This document shows, piece after piece, positions 1 to 9,283 of a stretch of DNA of 64,000 nt. Below the pieces are notes generated by a model. It worked only from the letters and a program-made list of their open reading frames with translations, did no database searches and was not told the DNA's origin. Within the stretch, counting starts at the first letter, position 1; each line of letters starts with the position of its first letter. The stretch is taken from positions 2,080,001 to 2,144,000 of the forward strand of contig OY970359.1 of NCBI GenBank assembly GCA_963718665.1, given 5' to 3'. Source of the stretch: an uncultured Phycisphaerales bacterium. Its GTDB lineage: Bacteria; Planctomycetota; Phycisphaerae; Sedimentisphaerales; Anaerobacaceae. Made by a program: the position numbers and the translations under genes.

Positions 1-411
1 GGTTATGAAAATTGCAGCAGCGATGAAAACGTAGATGATGAAAGCGTGGATGTGGGAACATATCGCGGCCCATTTGCGTATCTGTTCCCGAAACGGCTCA
101 TTGACGGCGTAAAGCAGGATCAGCGTCATCGACATTAAAAACAGAGACATTTCGTCATAGACAGGTATGAGCCAGCCGGCATCTTCTCTGACGAGGTCAG
201 TCAGGTCATCGGACGCATCCGTGTTGTTCGTCAGAAAGAACTCCTCAGTCGCTTTTTTCTTACGCTCGGCGGTGTCCACACCGGTTAAAGGTGCGGTCTG
301 GATCGGGACGCGCAGTTGATGCCTGCACGTCGGACACTTGCCGTTTCTGCCGGCCAGGTCGTCATTCACTGCTATCCGCTGCCCGCAATATATACACTTG
401 AAGTGTATCAC
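1..411 (-). CDS. Partial hypothetical protein with N-terminal zinc ribbon and downstream hydrophobic segments (runs off the window)
   Basis: Manual translation from GTG at 411: VIHFKCIYCGQRIAVNDDLAGRNGKCPTCRHQLRVP (CxxC...CxxC). Not in the ORF track because it is truncated. Confidence 0.7.
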   Translation of the reverse strand, partial: MIHFKCIYCGQRIAVNDDLAGRNGKCPTCRHQLRVPIQTAPLTGVDTAERKKKATEEFFLTNNTDASDDLTDLVREDAGWLIPVYDEMSLFLMSMTLILLYAVNEPFREQIRKWAAICSHIHAFIIYVFIAAAIFIT

Positions 412-429
412 GACTCGGCTCCTGTTATT

Positions 430-497
430 GTCATTCCCGCGAAAGCGGGAATCCAGTATTTAAGCGTTTTATGGACTCCTGCTTCCGCAGGAGTGAC
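430..497. repeat. REP/dRS3-like inverted repeat pair
   Basis: GTCATTCCCGCGAAAGCGGGAATCCA ... TGGACTCCTGCTTCCGCAGGAGTGAC: two hairpins in inverted orientation just downstream of proB. Confidence 0.75.
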
Positions 498-511
498 ATA
501 TAAGCAATCGC

Positions 512-1612
512 TCAATAATCGACAAATACGATATCTTCCGGTATCGCGACGACGTCCCTGCGTTTGGGGCCGAGGAGCTTGCGAATTTCGGTAGAGTGTT
601 TGCCCGCGAGGGTTTCAAGCTCTGCGCTGCTAAAATTCGTTACGGCCTTTGCCTTGTCGTTTAGCCAGACGACCTCGCCCGCCTCAAACGCTCCCTCGAT
701 TGATTTTATGCCGCTGGGTAATAAGCTCTTTTTATTCTTTACCGCCCGAATAGCGCCGTCGTCGATATTTATCACCCCGGCAGGGGTGCTGTTGAGAATC
801 CATCTTTCGCGGTTACTGAGTTTGCGTTTGGGTAAAAACAGCGTACCGATTGTCTCGCCTGCGATGATTCGCTCGATGACGTTTTCGGTTTTGCCGTTGG
901 CCAGGACGATTTTGCAGCCCGCGTTGGAGGCGACTTTGGCGGCCTCGATTTTGGTCTTCATACCGCCCGTGCTGAATTTGCTGCCTTTGCTGCCTGCGCT
1001 TTTGATTATACAATCTGTGATTTCAAAGACCGTATCTATCGGCTTTGCGTCGGCGTATTTTTTGGGGTCTTTATCGTACAGGGCGTCGATATCGGTCAGT
1101 ATTATAAGCAGGTCGGCGTCGATTTTGCTTGCGACAAGTGCGCTTAGGCGGTCGTTATCGCCAAAAGCTGTACCGATTTCGGCGGTTGAGATACTGTCGT
1201 TTTCATTTAAGACAGGCACAACGCCGAGTTTCAAAAGCGTCTCAATCGAGTTTTGCAGGTTCAGGTAGGTCTTGCGGTTATTCAGCACCTCAGCGGTCAA
1301 TAGTACCTGGGCGACGGTAACGCCGAATTGCTCGAATGCCTTTCGGTATTCCGCCATCAACATTGGTTGGCCTATGGCCGCACAGGCCTGACGCATCCGG
1401 ACATCGCCGGGCTTGTTTGAAAGCTTCAGTTGTCCCGCTCCCATACCGATTGCGCCGGAGGTGACAATCACCACCTGCTTACCCATCTTAAGCAGTGAAC
1501 CGACTTGGCCTGCCACCTTTCCTACATACCCGGCGTCGATACTGTCATCCTTCGACAGGATGTTCGTGCCAAGTTTTAAGACAATCCTTTTTGCCTTTGT
1601 AAAGTCACGCAT
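512..1612 (-). CDS. proB: Glutamate 5-kinase
   Basis: VLKLGTN, VTSGAI, NEND, FGDNDRLSA and TGGMKTK motifs plus C-terminal PUA domain; start moved to MRDFTK. Confidence 0.97.
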   Translation of the reverse strand: MRDFTKAKRIVLKLGTNILSKDDSIDAGYVGKVAGQVGSLLKMGKQVVIVTSGAIGMGAGQLKLSNKPGDVRMRQACAAIGQPMLMAEYRKAFEQFGVTVAQVLLTAEVLNNRKTYLNLQNSIETLLKLGVVPVLNENDSISTAEIGTAFGDNDRLSALVASKIDADLLIILTDIDALYDKDPKKYADAKPIDTVFEITDCIIKSAGSKGSKFSTGGMKTKIEAAKVASNAGCKIVLANGKTENVIERIIAGETIGTLFLPKRKLSNRERWILNSTPAGVINIDDGAIRAVKNKKSLLPSGIKSIEGAFEAGEVVWLNDKAKAVTNFSSAELETLAGKHSTEIRKLLGPKRRDVVAIPEDIVFVDY

Positions 1613-1651
1613 AAATCGCCCATTTTGCCACAGAGCAAGCTCTTTTATTTT

Positions 1652-1747
1652 AGCCACAGAGGGCACAGAGACCACAGAGAATTGTAACCACAGATTTCAC
1701 GGATTTCCACAGATTCCTTTGTCATTCCGAGCGCAGTCGAGGAATCT
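1652..1747. repeat. Cluster of short intergenic repeats (CCACAGAG/CCACAGAT 9-mers plus a GTCATTCCGAGCGCAGTCGAGGAATCT unit)
   Basis: ccacagagggcacagagaccacagag and ccacagatttcacggatttccacagatt; similar units recur near 4086 and 4289. Confidence 0.6.
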
Positions 1748-1779
1748 ATTTTTCTGCCATTCAACAAACAAACCGGTCT

Positions 1780-2262
1780 TTACTTAGGCCACAGTATTTT
1801 GACAATAGACGCTTTAATTAACTCAAGCCATCCCAAGAGATGAAGGATTGTAAGTAATGCCGCAAAAAGAATAACAATATCACGTATTCGCTTGATTATC
1901 TGGCGTTTTCTTTCTTTTCTGGCTTTCTTAGCAATTTGCTGGAGCGTTTCAATAAGGTCAGAAGCAATGCTTTTGACTTCCTCTGTTCGCGGGTAAAACT
2001 CCTCGTTGTATTCTGCTTCGGTAATAGGTTTGGACGACCAACTATTTAAGTCACATACTTTTTCTTGGAGTACTTTGAAATCTTCTTGCACCTTATGACC
2101 TATCTCAGGTATTTTTGAAAGCAACCAGAGAATTACTTCTTTTTGGCCGAAATCAGGAGCAAACCTGATAAATGTGGGTGAATGATTACAAGACTGTTCA
2201 TCAGTCCATCCTTGCATATTTTCAGCAAGTTTTTCTATCATTTTGATTTCGTTCGATCTCAT
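1780..2262 (-). CDS. Hypothetical protein with C-terminal transmembrane helix (AT-rich)
   Basis: ORF with AAGGAG SD before MRSNEIK and a C-terminal hydrophobic helix. Confidence 0.65.
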   Translation of the reverse strand: MRSNEIKMIEKLAENMQGWTDEQSCNHSPTFIRFAPDFGQKEVILWLLSKIPEIGHKVQEDFKVLQEKVCDLNSWSSKPITEAEYNEEFYPRTEEVKSIASDLIETLQQIAKKARKERKRQIIKRIRDIVILFAALLTILHLLGWLELIKASIVKILWPK

Positions 2263-2420
2263 TATACTCTCCTTGCATATTGCTACTATTTTAATTCGAA
2301 CAGGCATTATAAGCAATCATTTGCATAAAATGTCGTTGACTCATACGGCTTAAGAGATATACTTAAAAGGTACTATAATTGGCTTGCAGAGGTCAATCTG
2401 TCATTCTGAAAGGAGATATT

Positions 2421-2708
2421 GTGAAACAATACGAGCGATTTATTATCTATGGTTTATTCCTTATACTTCTCATTTTAGTTGGATGGTTCATAGATAATAA
2501 AACCAAGACAGATAGATATAAATGTTGGCCCATGAGTAATGGCGATTATGTTGGATCATATATTCTTGATACAAAAACAAGACATGTTTATATTGTTAGA
2601 AATGTGGGCACTCATATTCGCGACTTGGGAGTAATCGGCGTTTTTTACGGCAGTATCAATAAGGATGGAAGTATCGACTTCAACGATCTTCCAATGAGAG
2701 ATAAATAA
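2421..2708 (+). CDS. Small hypothetical membrane-anchored protein (AT-rich)
   Basis: AGGAG SD before GTG; N-terminal TM segment FIIYGLFLILLILVGWFI. Confidence 0.6.
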   Translation: MKQYERFIIYGLFLILLILVGWFIDNKTKTDRYKCWPMSNGDYVGSYILDTKTRHVYIVRNVGTHIRDLGVIGVFYGSINKDGSIDFNDLPMRDK

Positions 2709-2749
2709 ATGAGAACAGCTTTTGTTAAGTCTTTTGTGCCTTTTTGTGG

Positions 2750-4075
2750 CTAAGCTAATTTTTTGTGGCTAAATTTTTTTTTACCTTCTGCGTAGTCGGC
2801 GACGATTTGGCCTGAGCCGAGGAGTTTCCATTTATAAATCAGGAGGCCTTCAAGACCGACGGGGCCGCGGGCGTGAATCTTCGTCGTGCTTACGCCCACT
2901 TCCGCGCCTAAGCCATAGCGGTAGCCATCGCTGAAACGTGTGCTGCAATTCCAGAAAACGCCAGCGGAATCCACTAAATCGAGGAACCTTTCAGCGGTCG
3001 CCTTATCCTGCGTAACAATCGCATCGGTATGATGCGAGCCATAGTGGTTTATATGTTCGATGGCCTCGTCAACGCTTTCGACGACCTTTATAGACAGGAT
3101 GTAATCGAGATATTCGGTTGACCAGTCCTTTTCGGTGGCGGGTTTGACTTTGATGATTGAACGGGTTTTCTTGCAGCCGCGAAGCTCTACGTTTTTTGCG
3201 TCGAAAGCGGCTTTCACCTTTGGCAAAAACTCCTTCGCGATTTTACTATCGACGAGAAGCGTTTCGGTAGCATTGCAGACGGCTACATACTGGCACTTCG
3301 AATCGACGGCGATTTTGACCGCCATATCGAGAGCCGCTGCCCCATCGACGTAAACGTGGCAAATACCTTCCGCGTGGCCAAGGACGGGGATATTTGTGTG
3401 GTTCATTATGTAGCGGACAAATTCATTTGAGCCGCGTGGAATGACGAGGTCGATGTCCTCATCCATCTTGAGCATTTCAGCGACATCCTGCCGGGTTTCT
3501 AATAACTGAATCCACCCATCTGGTATTCCTTCTGAACGCTGTCCGCTGTCCCCTGAACGCTGACACGTTGCTTCGGCAATTACTTTTGCGAGTATTTTAT
3601 TTGTATTGGCTGCTTCGCTTCCTCCTTTGAGAAGGACGGCGTTTCCGCTTTTCAAACACAGCGTTGAAATCTGGACAAGGGCATCGGGTCTTGATTCGAA
3701 TACGACGCCGATGACGCCGATGGGGCAACTGACTTTGTAGAGATTCAATCCTTCGTCGAGTTCGGTTGCAGTGAGCGTTTTGCCTACGGGGTCATCGAGT
3801 TTGATTAAGCTTTCGATACCAGCACAGACATCCGCGATTTTGCCCTCGTCGAATTTCAGGCGTTTGAGCAGGGGTTTTGCTAATTTGCCCGCCGCGGCGG
3901 GTAAATTTTTTTCTGCCAGCCGAAGGTCTTTCTGATTGGCGGCGATTATTTCCGCACTTCTGTTTTTCAATGCCTCGGCTATCCGCGCAAGGGCGGCGTT
4001 CTTCGCATCGGTTTTAACAGCCGATAACAGTATCGACGCCGACTTCGCTTTTTTGGCTTTTTCCGCTATACTCAT
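2750..4075 (-). CDS. proA: Gamma-glutamyl phosphate reductase
   Basis: PIGVIGVVFESRP, KGGSEA, CNATETLLV, NCSTRFSDG and STTKIHARGPVG motifs. Confidence 0.97.
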   Translation of the reverse strand: MSIAEKAKKAKSASILLSAVKTDAKNAALARIAEALKNRSAEIIAANQKDLRLAEKNLPAAAGKLAKPLLKRLKFDEGKIADVCAGIESLIKLDDPVGKTLTATELDEGLNLYKVSCPIGVIGVVFESRPDALVQISTLCLKSGNAVLLKGGSEAANTNKILAKVIAEATCQRSGDSGQRSEGIPDGWIQLLETRQDVAEMLKMDEDIDLVIPRGSNEFVRYIMNHTNIPVLGHAEGICHVYVDGAAALDMAVKIAVDSKCQYVAVCNATETLLVDSKIAKEFLPKVKAAFDAKNVELRGCKKTRSIIKVKPATEKDWSTEYLDYILSIKVVESVDEAIEHINHYGSHHTDAIVTQDKATAERFLDLVDSAGVFWNCSTRFSDGYRYGLGAEVGVSTTKIHARGPVGLEGLLIYKWKLLGSGQIVADYAEGKKKFSHKKLA

Positions 4076-4202
4076 AAATTCAAACCACAGATTACACAGA
4101 TTCCACTGATTTTTTACTTTTTCCTTTTTACTTTTTGCTTTTGTGTTTTATTGTCTTCGTGGTAAAATTGTAATTTGAAAATAGTAAATAAGCAATGATT
4201 AT

Positions 4203-4273
4203 GCGGGTGTAGCTTAGTGGTAAAGCTCCAGCCTTCCAAGCTGGTCATGTGGGTTCGATTCCCATCACCCGCT
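4203..4273 (+). tRNA. tRNA-Gly (TCC)
   Basis: GCGGGTG acceptor stem, anticodon arm CCAGC-CTTCCAA-GCTGG, T arm GTGGG-TTCGATT-CCCAT; CCA not encoded. Confidence 0.95.
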
Positions 4274-4535
4274 TTTTTTACAAGATTTACCGCGGAGTTC
4301 GCAGAGACCACAGAGAAAAAAATATAAAAACGAACTCTATGATGAATTGATAGGGGACAAGTCACATTGGGCGATGGCGATAATCTGAGAAAAACGGAAA
4401 ATCACAAAAAATTTTCAAGTTCGCCAAAGCTGCCATATTTGCATCTAACCAGTTGTCTTTGTTTGAGTTAGGGGTTCGGAGGCAACGTCCTATAATAAAA
4501 TTTTAAGAATTTTTTTGAAAGTGCGGAGTTTTATA

Positions 4536-4619
4536 TTGACGAAGTGGTAAGAAGTGGTAATAATTCCCAATAAGTGGTTAATGGGTGGCGATAAGTATCA
4601 GACAAGTGGAGACAAGTGA
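4536..4619 (+). promoter_or_regulatory. mraZ promoter with array of MraZ-type operator boxes
   Basis: TTGACG -35 at 4536; GTGG boxes at 4544, 4554, 4574, 4585 and 4606 with about 10-bp spacing, directly upstream of mraZ. Confidence 0.75.
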
Positions 4620-5099
4620 ATGCTTTTGCTAACAGGAGAATACGAGCATACCATCGATGAGAAGGGCAGGGTGCTGGTCTCCAACAAGCTCCGCAATCAA
4701 ATCGATACCAAAGAGCACGGCAGCGATTTTTATCTTGTTGTCGGGGCAAACGGCATATTGTCTTTATATCCGGAGAAATGTTTTCAGCTTATGACGGTTG
4801 CTATGGCACAGAAAAATACCGCCCCGGATGAAATTGTAGCTTTCGAGCGAATGAACTTCGCTTTGGCAGGGAAGGTCGAGTTAGATAGCCAGGGACGGCT
4901 ATTATTAAATGAAAAACTGCGCAAAAGGGCAGGTTTAAAAGATAACGTAACGCTGGTAGGTGTGCGGGACCACATCGAGCTTTGGAACACGCAGGACTGG
5001 GAGCAGTATCTTTCGGACAATATGGCGCAGTACCAGAAGCGCGTGGCCCAGGCCCGGCAGGAAGTTTTACAAAAGCAGAGTCAGGATTTAGAGGGATGA
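4620..5099 (+). CDS. mraZ: Transcriptional regulator MraZ
   Basis: GEYEHTIDEKGR, LDSQGRL and GVRDHIELW motifs. Confidence 0.95.
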   Translation: MLLLTGEYEHTIDEKGRVLVSNKLRNQIDTKEHGSDFYLVVGANGILSLYPEKCFQLMTVAMAQKNTAPDEIVAFERMNFALAGKVELDSQGRLLLNEKLRKRAGLKDNVTLVGVRDHIELWNTQDWEQYLSDNMAQYQKRVAQARQEVLQKQSQDLEG

Positions 5100-5110
5100 A
5101 AGGAGTCATT

Positions 5111-5326
5111 ATGTTGGAGTTGTATCCGGACCATTGCGAAGTCGTCAAAGAAGGGTTGAAGGGCACCAGGGCAATCGACGAGCAGACGTTTGCCTCGCTT
5201 GAGGTGCTGAATGACCGGCTGGAAAGGGTAAAAAAGCTCGGCGGCAAGTTCGTTAATGTAGCGTTCTCGCCGGCGGCGGAGCATCTGAGGAAGCAATCCG
5301 GCAAATTAGCGGTTGGTCATATTTGA
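5111..5326 (+). CDS. Small hypothetical protein (71 aa) between mraZ and rsmH
   Basis: AAGGAG SD, ATG at 5111; fills the gap in the operon (MLELYPDHCEVVKEGLKG...). Confidence 0.7.
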   Translation: MLELYPDHCEVVKEGLKGTRAIDEQTFASLEVLNDRLERVKKLGGKFVNVAFSPAAEHLRKQSGKLAVGHI

Positions 5327-5342
5327 ATGACGGCGTTTAAAA

Positions 5343-6242
5343 GTGGATGGTTCGGCGGCGCAACATATACCGGTTCTTGCTGAAGTACTTGTTGAGCAGA
5401 TAAAGCTGCCGCAGGATGCGGTGGTGGTCGATGCGACCATAGGACAGGGAGGTCATAGCTTACTGTTTGGCAAGAGATTGGGCCCCAAGGGAGCTATAAT
5501 CGGCCTGGACGTTGATATAAATGCTATCCGAAGGGCCCAATCTGTTTTAGAGGGCTTGCTTTGCAGGGTGATTCTGGTCAATTCCAATTTTTCCGAAATA
5601 ACGGAAGTTGTGCGCGGGCAGGGGATGGAGAAGGTTGATTTTATACTGGCGGATTTAGGGTTTTGCTCTGCCCAGTTAGAGGATGACCGGATGGGTTTAA
5701 GTTTTCAAAAAAATATGCCGCTGGATATGCGTTTGGATAAAAGATTAAAGACCACTGCTGCCGATATAATCAGCAGAGCAGATGAGAAGACGCTCGCGGA
5801 TTTGATTTACAAGTTCGGCGAAGAAAGAGCATCGAGGCGGATAGCAAGATTTATCGTCGAGCGTCGTCATCGTGAGCCGATTACGACGACGGGGCAGCTT
5901 GCCGCGATTATATCGAGCGCGACGGGAAAAGGCGGACAATGGTCACGGATTCATCCGGCGACAAGAACTTTTCAGGCGCTGAGAATCGCGGTGAACAACG
6001 AGCTTGAAAATCTTGAGACGCTGCTCGGTTCGGCGCCGGCCCTGCTTGAGGCAAACGGTTACATAGCGGTCATCAGTTTTCACAGCTTGGAAGACCGGAT
6101 AGTGAAAATGGATTTTAAGAGTAACGAGAAGAATGGGGTTTATAAAGTTATTACGAAAAAACCGATATCGGCATCGCGTGATGAGATATCTGAAAATCAC
6201 AGGGCAAGGAGCGCAAAGCTAAGGATAGCGCAGAAAGTTTAA
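5343..6242 (+). CDS. rsmH: 16S rRNA m4C1402 methyltransferase
   Basis: HIPVL, DATIGQGGHS, PLDMRLD, HPATRTFQALRI, ISFHSLEDR and RARSAKLR motifs. Confidence 0.97.
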   Translation: MDGSAAQHIPVLAEVLVEQIKLPQDAVVVDATIGQGGHSLLFGKRLGPKGAIIGLDVDINAIRRAQSVLEGLLCRVILVNSNFSEITEVVRGQGMEKVDFILADLGFCSAQLEDDRMGLSFQKNMPLDMRLDKRLKTTAADIISRADEKTLADLIYKFGEERASRRIARFIVERRHREPITTTGQLAAIISSATGKGGQWSRIHPATRTFQALRIAVNNELENLETLLGSAPALLEANGYIAVISFHSLEDRIVKMDFKSNEKNGVYKVITKKPISASRDEISENHRARSAKLRIAQKV

Positions 6243-6267
6243 GGGAATCGTTTAAGGGAGTCATAAA

Positions 6268-7188
6268 ATGACATCGGACGCAAAAATTGGGTTGTTGCTG
6301 GGACTGGTATTCATATTTGTTATCGCATTCATAATTAACGGCCTGCCGGGCCTTCACCAGAAGGATGACAGCAACAAGCTTACGACCAATATGGTCGGAC
6401 TGTCAAGCAATCCGTCCGGTATCGGCGCCAACGAACGAAAAGTCCAGATGGCTCTGGACCAGCCCGCCACTCCAGCGGGGGAAACTGCGCAGCCGGCAGT
6501 CGCAACCCAGGCACAACAGCAACCGATGACAAACCCCGCCCAGCCAGCGCCGACAGGAGCAGTGGCAAGTCAGCCAGCGGCAGGCAACGAGATAGTCGGG
6601 CCACCTCAGGCAGCGCCAACAACTGCCATTGGGCCGACTGCTTCCGCTCCGGCACAGGATGTCCCGGCAGTTAATACGCAGCCGACGACGGCACCTGAGA
6701 CCGCGAAGTCCGCTCCAGCGAAAATATATGTAGTTCAAGCCGGCGACAGTATCAGTGGAATCGCCAAAAAACTTTACGGCGTTAAAGAAGGCGTGAAACA
6801 GAAAAATATCGATGCCATATTCGCAGCCAACCGCAAGACACTTAACAAAATTGACGACCTTCAGGTCGGCCAAAAATTAGTAATACCATCGCTACCGGGT
6901 TCAACTGCCGCGTCATCATCGCCTGCTGAAGTCCTTACGGACAAGAATTTCACAAAGGTCGAATCGGTAGGTCAGCAGCATTCGACGGTCAAGGCGGACA
7001 AGCCGGCGGCAGCGGTAAAACCGGGAAATGTTTACGTCGTGAAAGAAGGCGACAGCTTGTGGAAAATCGCGGCGACTCAGCTCGGCGACGGCAATCGCTA
7101 TAAAGAGATAGTCAAGGCAAACAGCAGCATATTGTCCAGTGAGGACGATATAGCGATTGGGATGCAGTTGAAAATGCCGGCCAAGTAG
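6268..7188 (+). CDS. Membrane-anchored protein with two LysM peptidoglycan-binding domains
   Basis: N-terminal TM, P/A/Q/T linker, YVVQAGDSISGIA and YVVKEGDSLWKIA LysM repeats. Confidence 0.9.
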   Translation: MTSDAKIGLLLGLVFIFVIAFIINGLPGLHQKDDSNKLTTNMVGLSSNPSGIGANERKVQMALDQPATPAGETAQPAVATQAQQQPMTNPAQPAPTGAVASQPAAGNEIVGPPQAAPTTAIGPTASAPAQDVPAVNTQPTTAPETAKSAPAKIYVVQAGDSISGIAKKLYGVKEGVKQKNIDAIFAANRKTLNKIDDLQVGQKLVIPSLPGSTAASSSPAEVLTDKNFTKVESVGQQHSTVKADKPAAAVKPGNVYVVKEGDSLWKIAATQLGDGNRYKEIVKANSSILSSEDDIAIGMQLKMPAK

Positions 7189-7208
7189 TTGAGCCGGCCG
7201 GTTTCTTT

Positions 7209-7493
7209 TTGGTTGTTACACGGCTTATGAGGTTGGGGTTTCGCCTGGTTTTTGTTGCGTTATACTGCACTTCGGTGATGCTGTTCGCGGCATCACTTCG
7301 CAACGCCAATGACAGGGTTTTCTACAAAATCTGTGCTGCGCGTGTGTCCCAGAGTCGCCTCAAGCAGCAGCTTGCGGGCAAACAGCTGCGGCTGGAAAAT
7401 CTGATTAACCCAACAAGCGTTTCCCAGCAGGTTAATCAGCAGATTAATCAGCAGGTTAAGCCGATTAAGCAGATTAAGCAAATTAAGAAGTAA
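7209..7493 (+). CDS. FtsL-like small bitopic protein
   Basis: Single TM followed by short coiled coil ending LENLINP; immediately upstream of ftsI. Start codon uncertain. Confidence 0.55.
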   Translation: MVVTRLMRLGFRLVFVALYCTSVMLFAASLRNANDRVFYKICAARVSQSRLKQQLAGKQLRLENLINPTSVSQQVNQQINQQVKPIKQIKQIKK

Positions 7494-7528
7494 ACGGTAT
7501 TTTCCGATTACAGGGATTCTTTCGGGCA

Positions 7529-9283
7529 ATGAGTAACGAGCATCGAGTATCGAGCGGTCGTATCACCGTCTGGCTGTTTGCGGCGTTAATCATTGCTTTT
7601 ACGGTCCTGGCAACGCGATGTCTTTATCTCCAGTTTTTCAGAAACGGGTACTATATCGACTTATCCTCGAGGCAGCAGCAGACCGTTGCGACCATATCGC
7701 CCCAGCGGGGCGCTATTCTGGATTGTCGTGGAAGGGTGCTGGCCGCCAGCGAGGAAATCCAGACGGTTTTCGTTGAGCCAAGAGTTCTGGATGACCCTAA
7801 GGAAACCGCAAGCGAGCTGGGGGACGTTCTGGATATCGGCGCTCATAACATTTGCAAGATGATTACCGAAAGCGAAAATCCTGGTTTTACCAAGATTAAA
7901 GTAGGTGTTGACCCCAACGAAGCGATTGCGGTGCGTAAAATTCACGGCGTTGGGATCCAGTCCGACTGGGAGCGTCATTACCCGATGGGGCCGCTTGCGA
8001 CTCATATTGTGGGATTCACAAGCGCGGATAATCGGGGTCTTGAGGGCGTGGAGCTTGCGTATAACAAGGACCTGGCGGGTTCGGCTGGGCGCAACATTTT
8101 TATTTCGGACGCTTTCCGCAGGCCCATTCGTCTCAGGGAGCACGACGCCGACGTTACCGACGGGGTTGGAATTATCCTTACCATCGACGCGACGATACAG
8201 CAGTTTACGCGCAAGGCGCTTCTGGAGCAGTATAAAAATTACCGCGCCGAATCGGCGATAGCGATAGTGGCTGAGCCGAAGACGGGTGCGATTCTGGCGA
8301 TGGTTTCACTGCCCGATTATGACCCTGCCAATTTCAATACGGCGGATGTTAATTCACTTCGCAACCGCACGATAACCGACCAGTTCGAGCCGGGAAGTTT
8401 GATTAAGCCGATGGTTATGGGGGCTGCTATTGAGGATGGAATCGTCAGTTTGAAGGAAAAGATATTCTGCGAAAACGGCAACTACTGCGGCAAGGGATTT
8501 GGCTGCATCAGCGAATACAAAAACGGATTCGGCTATCTGACGCCGCGTGAGATTCTGGTCAACTCGAGCAATATAGGGATGGCGAAAGTCGGCCAGAAAA
8601 TGGGCAAGGATGAAGTTTACCAAGCGCTGCGGAATTTCGGTTTCGGCAAAGAGACGGGGATTGATTTGCCGGGTGAGGTTTCCGGATTGCTCTGGCCTCC
8701 GGCGAAATGGACCGGCTACAGCGTTACGCGGATACCATTTGGCCAGGAGGTAACCGTTACGGCGATACAGCTTGCCCGGGCATTTTGCATACTTGCCAAC
8801 GGCGGGCATCCCGTAAATATGCACGTGGTTAAAGCGGTTGTTGACAACGAAGGCAACATCGTGAAGCTGACACAGGCCCCGCCGCCGCTTGCATATTGTA
8901 TTGACCCCGATGTTGCCAAATGGCTTGTTACGGACGCTATGGTGGGCGTGGTCAACGAGGGGACGGGCAAAAAAGCGAAGCTGAAAAGATGGCAGGTTTT
9001 CGGCAAGTCGGGCACCGCCAATATCGCCAAAGTCGGCGAAAGGGGCTACGCCGAGCACCAGTATATCGCATCATTTGTCGCGGGCGCACCGGTCGAAGAC
9101 CCGCAGGTGATTGTTCTTGTATCGGTTCGCAGGCCTGATATGTCATTGGGCAAGGGCTACACGGGCGGAGCAATATCCGCTCCCGTTGCGGGCAAGATAA
9201 TCGAAAAAACGCTTACCTATCTTGAGAATCGCCAGGGTTCGCAGAAGAGTTATCTGGCGGCAGATAATCCCAAGGTTCACTGA
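7529..9283 (+). CDS. ftsI: Class B penicillin-binding protein, FtsI/PBP3-like
   Basis: RGAILDCRG, RHYPMG, GLEGVE, EPGSLIK (SxxK), SSN and KSGTA motifs; mraZ-rsmH context. Confidence 0.88.
   Translation: MSNEHRVSSGRITVWLFAALIIAFTVLATRCLYLQFFRNGYYIDLSSRQQQTVATISPQRGAILDCRGRVLAASEEIQTVFVEPRVLDDPKETASELGDVLDIGAHNICKMITESENPGFTKIKVGVDPNEAIAVRKIHGVGIQSDWERHYPMGPLATHIVGFTSADNRGLEGVELAYNKDLAGSAGRNIFISDAFRRPIRLREHDADVTDGVGIILTIDATIQQFTRKALLEQYKNYRAESAIAIVAEPKTGAILAMVSLPDYDPANFNTADVNSLRNRTITDQFEPGSLIKPMVMGAAIEDGIVSLKEKIFCENGNYCGKGFGCISEYKNGFGYLTPREILVNSSNIGMAKVGQKMGKDEVYQALRNFGFGKETGIDLPGEVSGLLWPPAKWTGYSVTRIPFGQEVTVTAIQLARAFCILANGGHPVNMHVVKAVVDNEGNIVKLTQAPPPLAYCIDPDVAKWLVTDAMVGVVNEGTGKKAKLKRWQVFGKSGTANIAKVGERGYAEHQYIASFVAGAPVEDPQVIVLVSVRRPDMSLGKGYTGGAISAPVAGKIIEKTLTYLENRQGSQKSYLAADNPKVH

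Noticed and set aside
4541..4620. Short direct repeats GAAGTGGTAA as a possible CRISPR array or iteron set
   Set aside because: The period is 10 bp with no unique spacers, and the position before mraZ fits MraZ operator boxes.
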